Of a stretch of 64,000 nucleotides of DNA, positions 62,091 through 64,000 are shown piece after piece; the first letter of the stretch is position 1, and each line of letters opens with the position of its first letter. Origin of the DNA: Malacoraja senta (lineage: Eukaryota); assembly GCA_038087875.1 (NCBI GenBank), contig CM075988.1, forward strand, positions 8,060,001 to 8,124,000. Direction: 5' to 3'. Below the pieces are notes generated by a model. That model was not told where the DNA came from. It worked only from the letters and a program-made list of their open reading frames with translations, and ran no database searches. Made by a program: the position numbers and the translations under genes.

Positions 62091-62629
62091 TTGGGACAGG
62101 TGTTGCATCTTCTGCAGTTGCAGGGGAAGGCACCTTTGGAGGGGGTAGTTTGGCTTGGAAGGGATGAGCTAACCATGGAGTTGTGGAGGGAACGGTCTCT
62201 GCAGAAGGCGGAAAGGGGTGAAGATTGTAAAATGTGGCAAGTGGTGGGATCCCATTGGAGGTGGCAGAAATTTCGGAGGATGATGTGTTGTATGCGACGG
62301 CTGATGGGGTGGAAGGTAAGGACTAGGGGGACTCTGTTTTTGTTGCGACAAGGGTGAGGGGGAGCAAGGGCGGAGATGTGGGTGAAGTCAGAACCCTTCT
62401 TCAGACTAAAAGGGTGGGGGGGGGGGTCTATACTGTTGCTGCTGGGGGGCTGCCTGTGAAACACTGAACCACTGCAACACTCCTGCGCTGATCATGAGAA
62501 AGATGATCAGACTTTAAACAATACCCCCCCAAGGCTCAGATGCACAATAGGCTGCCATGGGGCTGAAGGAACCATGGGGGAGTTAGCATGCATAGCTAAC
62601 ATTGCTTGTGTACCTGACACCTTGGTTCA

Positions 62630-63055
62630 AGTTCACAAGTTCACATGTTATAGGAGTAGAATTGGGCCATTCGACCCATCGAGTCTACTCTGCCATTCAA
62701 CCATGGCTGATCTTTGCCTCCTAATCCCAATTTCCTGCCTTCTTCCCATAACCCTTGACACCCATTCTAATCATGAATTTGTCTATATCTGCCTTCACAA
62801 TATCCACTGATGGCCTCCACAGCCCTCTATGGCAATGAGTTCCACAGATTAACCACCCTCTGACTAAAGAAGTTCCTCCTCACCTCCTTTCCGAAAGAGC
62901 GCCCTTTAATTCTGAGGTTATGACCTCTGGTCCTAGACTCTCCCACCAATGAAAACATCCTTTCCATATCCCCTCTATTTATACCTTTTCATTATTCTAT
63001 AAGTTCCAGTGAGGTCCCCCCTCAACCTTGTTAACTCCAGCGAGTAGAGGCCCAG
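62630..63055 (-). mobile_element. CR1 3' fragment
   Basis: Same CR1 tail and ORF2 end in reverse orientation. Confidence 0.85.
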
Positions 63056-63314
63056 ACCCCCTCCAGAGCCAGCACATCCTTTGTGTAGCACACTGTGCTA
63101 ATCAGGTCTCGTTTTGGCCCCACACCACCCAGCTTCACAGCATGAAGCTCAGCTGTGAATTGTATCATGAGGTTGCAAACATTTAAGAGATGAATCTGCC
63201 GCAACTTTCATTATCCTGAGTGCTGAAAAATATGGTTGGCAGATACTGTGTGCAAGATATGAATTTCGCACGCAGGCACTAATTGCCACCTCATTGCTAA
63301 TTATTACATAATGT

Positions 63315-63892
63315 GTTTAGTTTAGTTTAGAGATACAGCTTGGAAACAGCTTGGATGGTGGGCTTCGGCCTACCATCCACACTGACTACCCATACACTAG
63401 TTCTATGTTATCCCACTTTCACACCTTACACGCTGGGGGCAATTTACAGAAGCCAATTAACCTACAAACCTGCACTTCCTTGGAAGGAAACTGGAGCTCC
63501 AGGTAAAACCCACTTAAAACACAGGGAGAACGTACAAACTCCATAAAAAGGGCACCCAGGGTCAGTATCGAACCTGGGTCTCTGGCACTTAAGGCAGCAG
63601 CTTAGTTTAGTTTAGAGATACAACCCACCGAGTCCATGCCAAACAGCAATCCCTGTAAATTAACACTATCCTACACACAATGGGGACAATTTTTACATTA
63701 CCCAAGCCAATTTACCTACATACCTGTACGTATTTTTTGAGGAAACGGAAGATCTCGGAGAAAACCCACGCAGGTCACCGGGAGAACATACAAACTCCAT
63801 ACAGACAGCCCCCGTAGTCAGCATCGAACCTGGGTCTCCGGCGCTGCAAGCGCTGTAAGGCAGCAACTTTACCGCTGTGCCGCCATGCCGAC
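63315..63892 (-). mobile_element. Two tandem or nested HE1-type SINEs
   Basis: Tails at about 63315 and 63601. Confidence 0.85.
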
Positions 63893-64000
63893 CTCCCGCT
63901 GAGCTATTGTGCTGCCATGTGATCCTAATGTTTTCTGTGAGTGTTCATCAAATGTCCTTGGTTGCATGCAAGACCTCCAGTGCATATTGGAAGGAAGGAT

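Larger units (their letters stand above)
60778..62410 (-). mobile_element. Neptune-like Penelope element with a partly duplicated pLTR, interrupted by a solo LTR
   Basis: RVPLVLTFHP...FPCNCRRCNTCP and EEQHLIFRLG.LQPSGMNIDFS; intact ribozyme core at 60906-60933. Confidence 0.9.

Overview
Eukaryotic, repeat-dense vertebrate DNA. The repeat set (HE1-type V-SINEs, HER1/CR1 LINEs, Penelope-like elements) points to a cartilaginous fish, most likely a skate or other batoid (inference). The only recognisable host gene is the 3' part of a Roundabout receptor on the + strand, best matching ROBO4. Five phase-compatible exons (4832-4973, 11262-11486, 13491-13903, 18957-19226, 23149-23327) encode the cytoplasmic tail, followed by a probable 3' UTR. 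The rest is intronic or intergenic: about 30 HE1-type SINEs, many CR1 3' fragments (one young copy with an open RT frame) and Neptune-like Penelope elements. The Penelope terminal repeats carry a minimal hammerhead-ribozyme core (over 20 copies), often folded back into palindromes at one fixed axis. Also present are four Harbinger-type MITEs sharing TIRs and an internal palindrome, a hAT element, an L1-type insertion with TSD, a solo LTR, Rex1/Babar fragments, Deu-SINE relics, two N gaps and several repeat-free islands that may be conserved non-coding elements. Repeat boundaries were read by eye and are approximate unless TSDs are quoted. Family names come from recalled consensus features, not from database searches.
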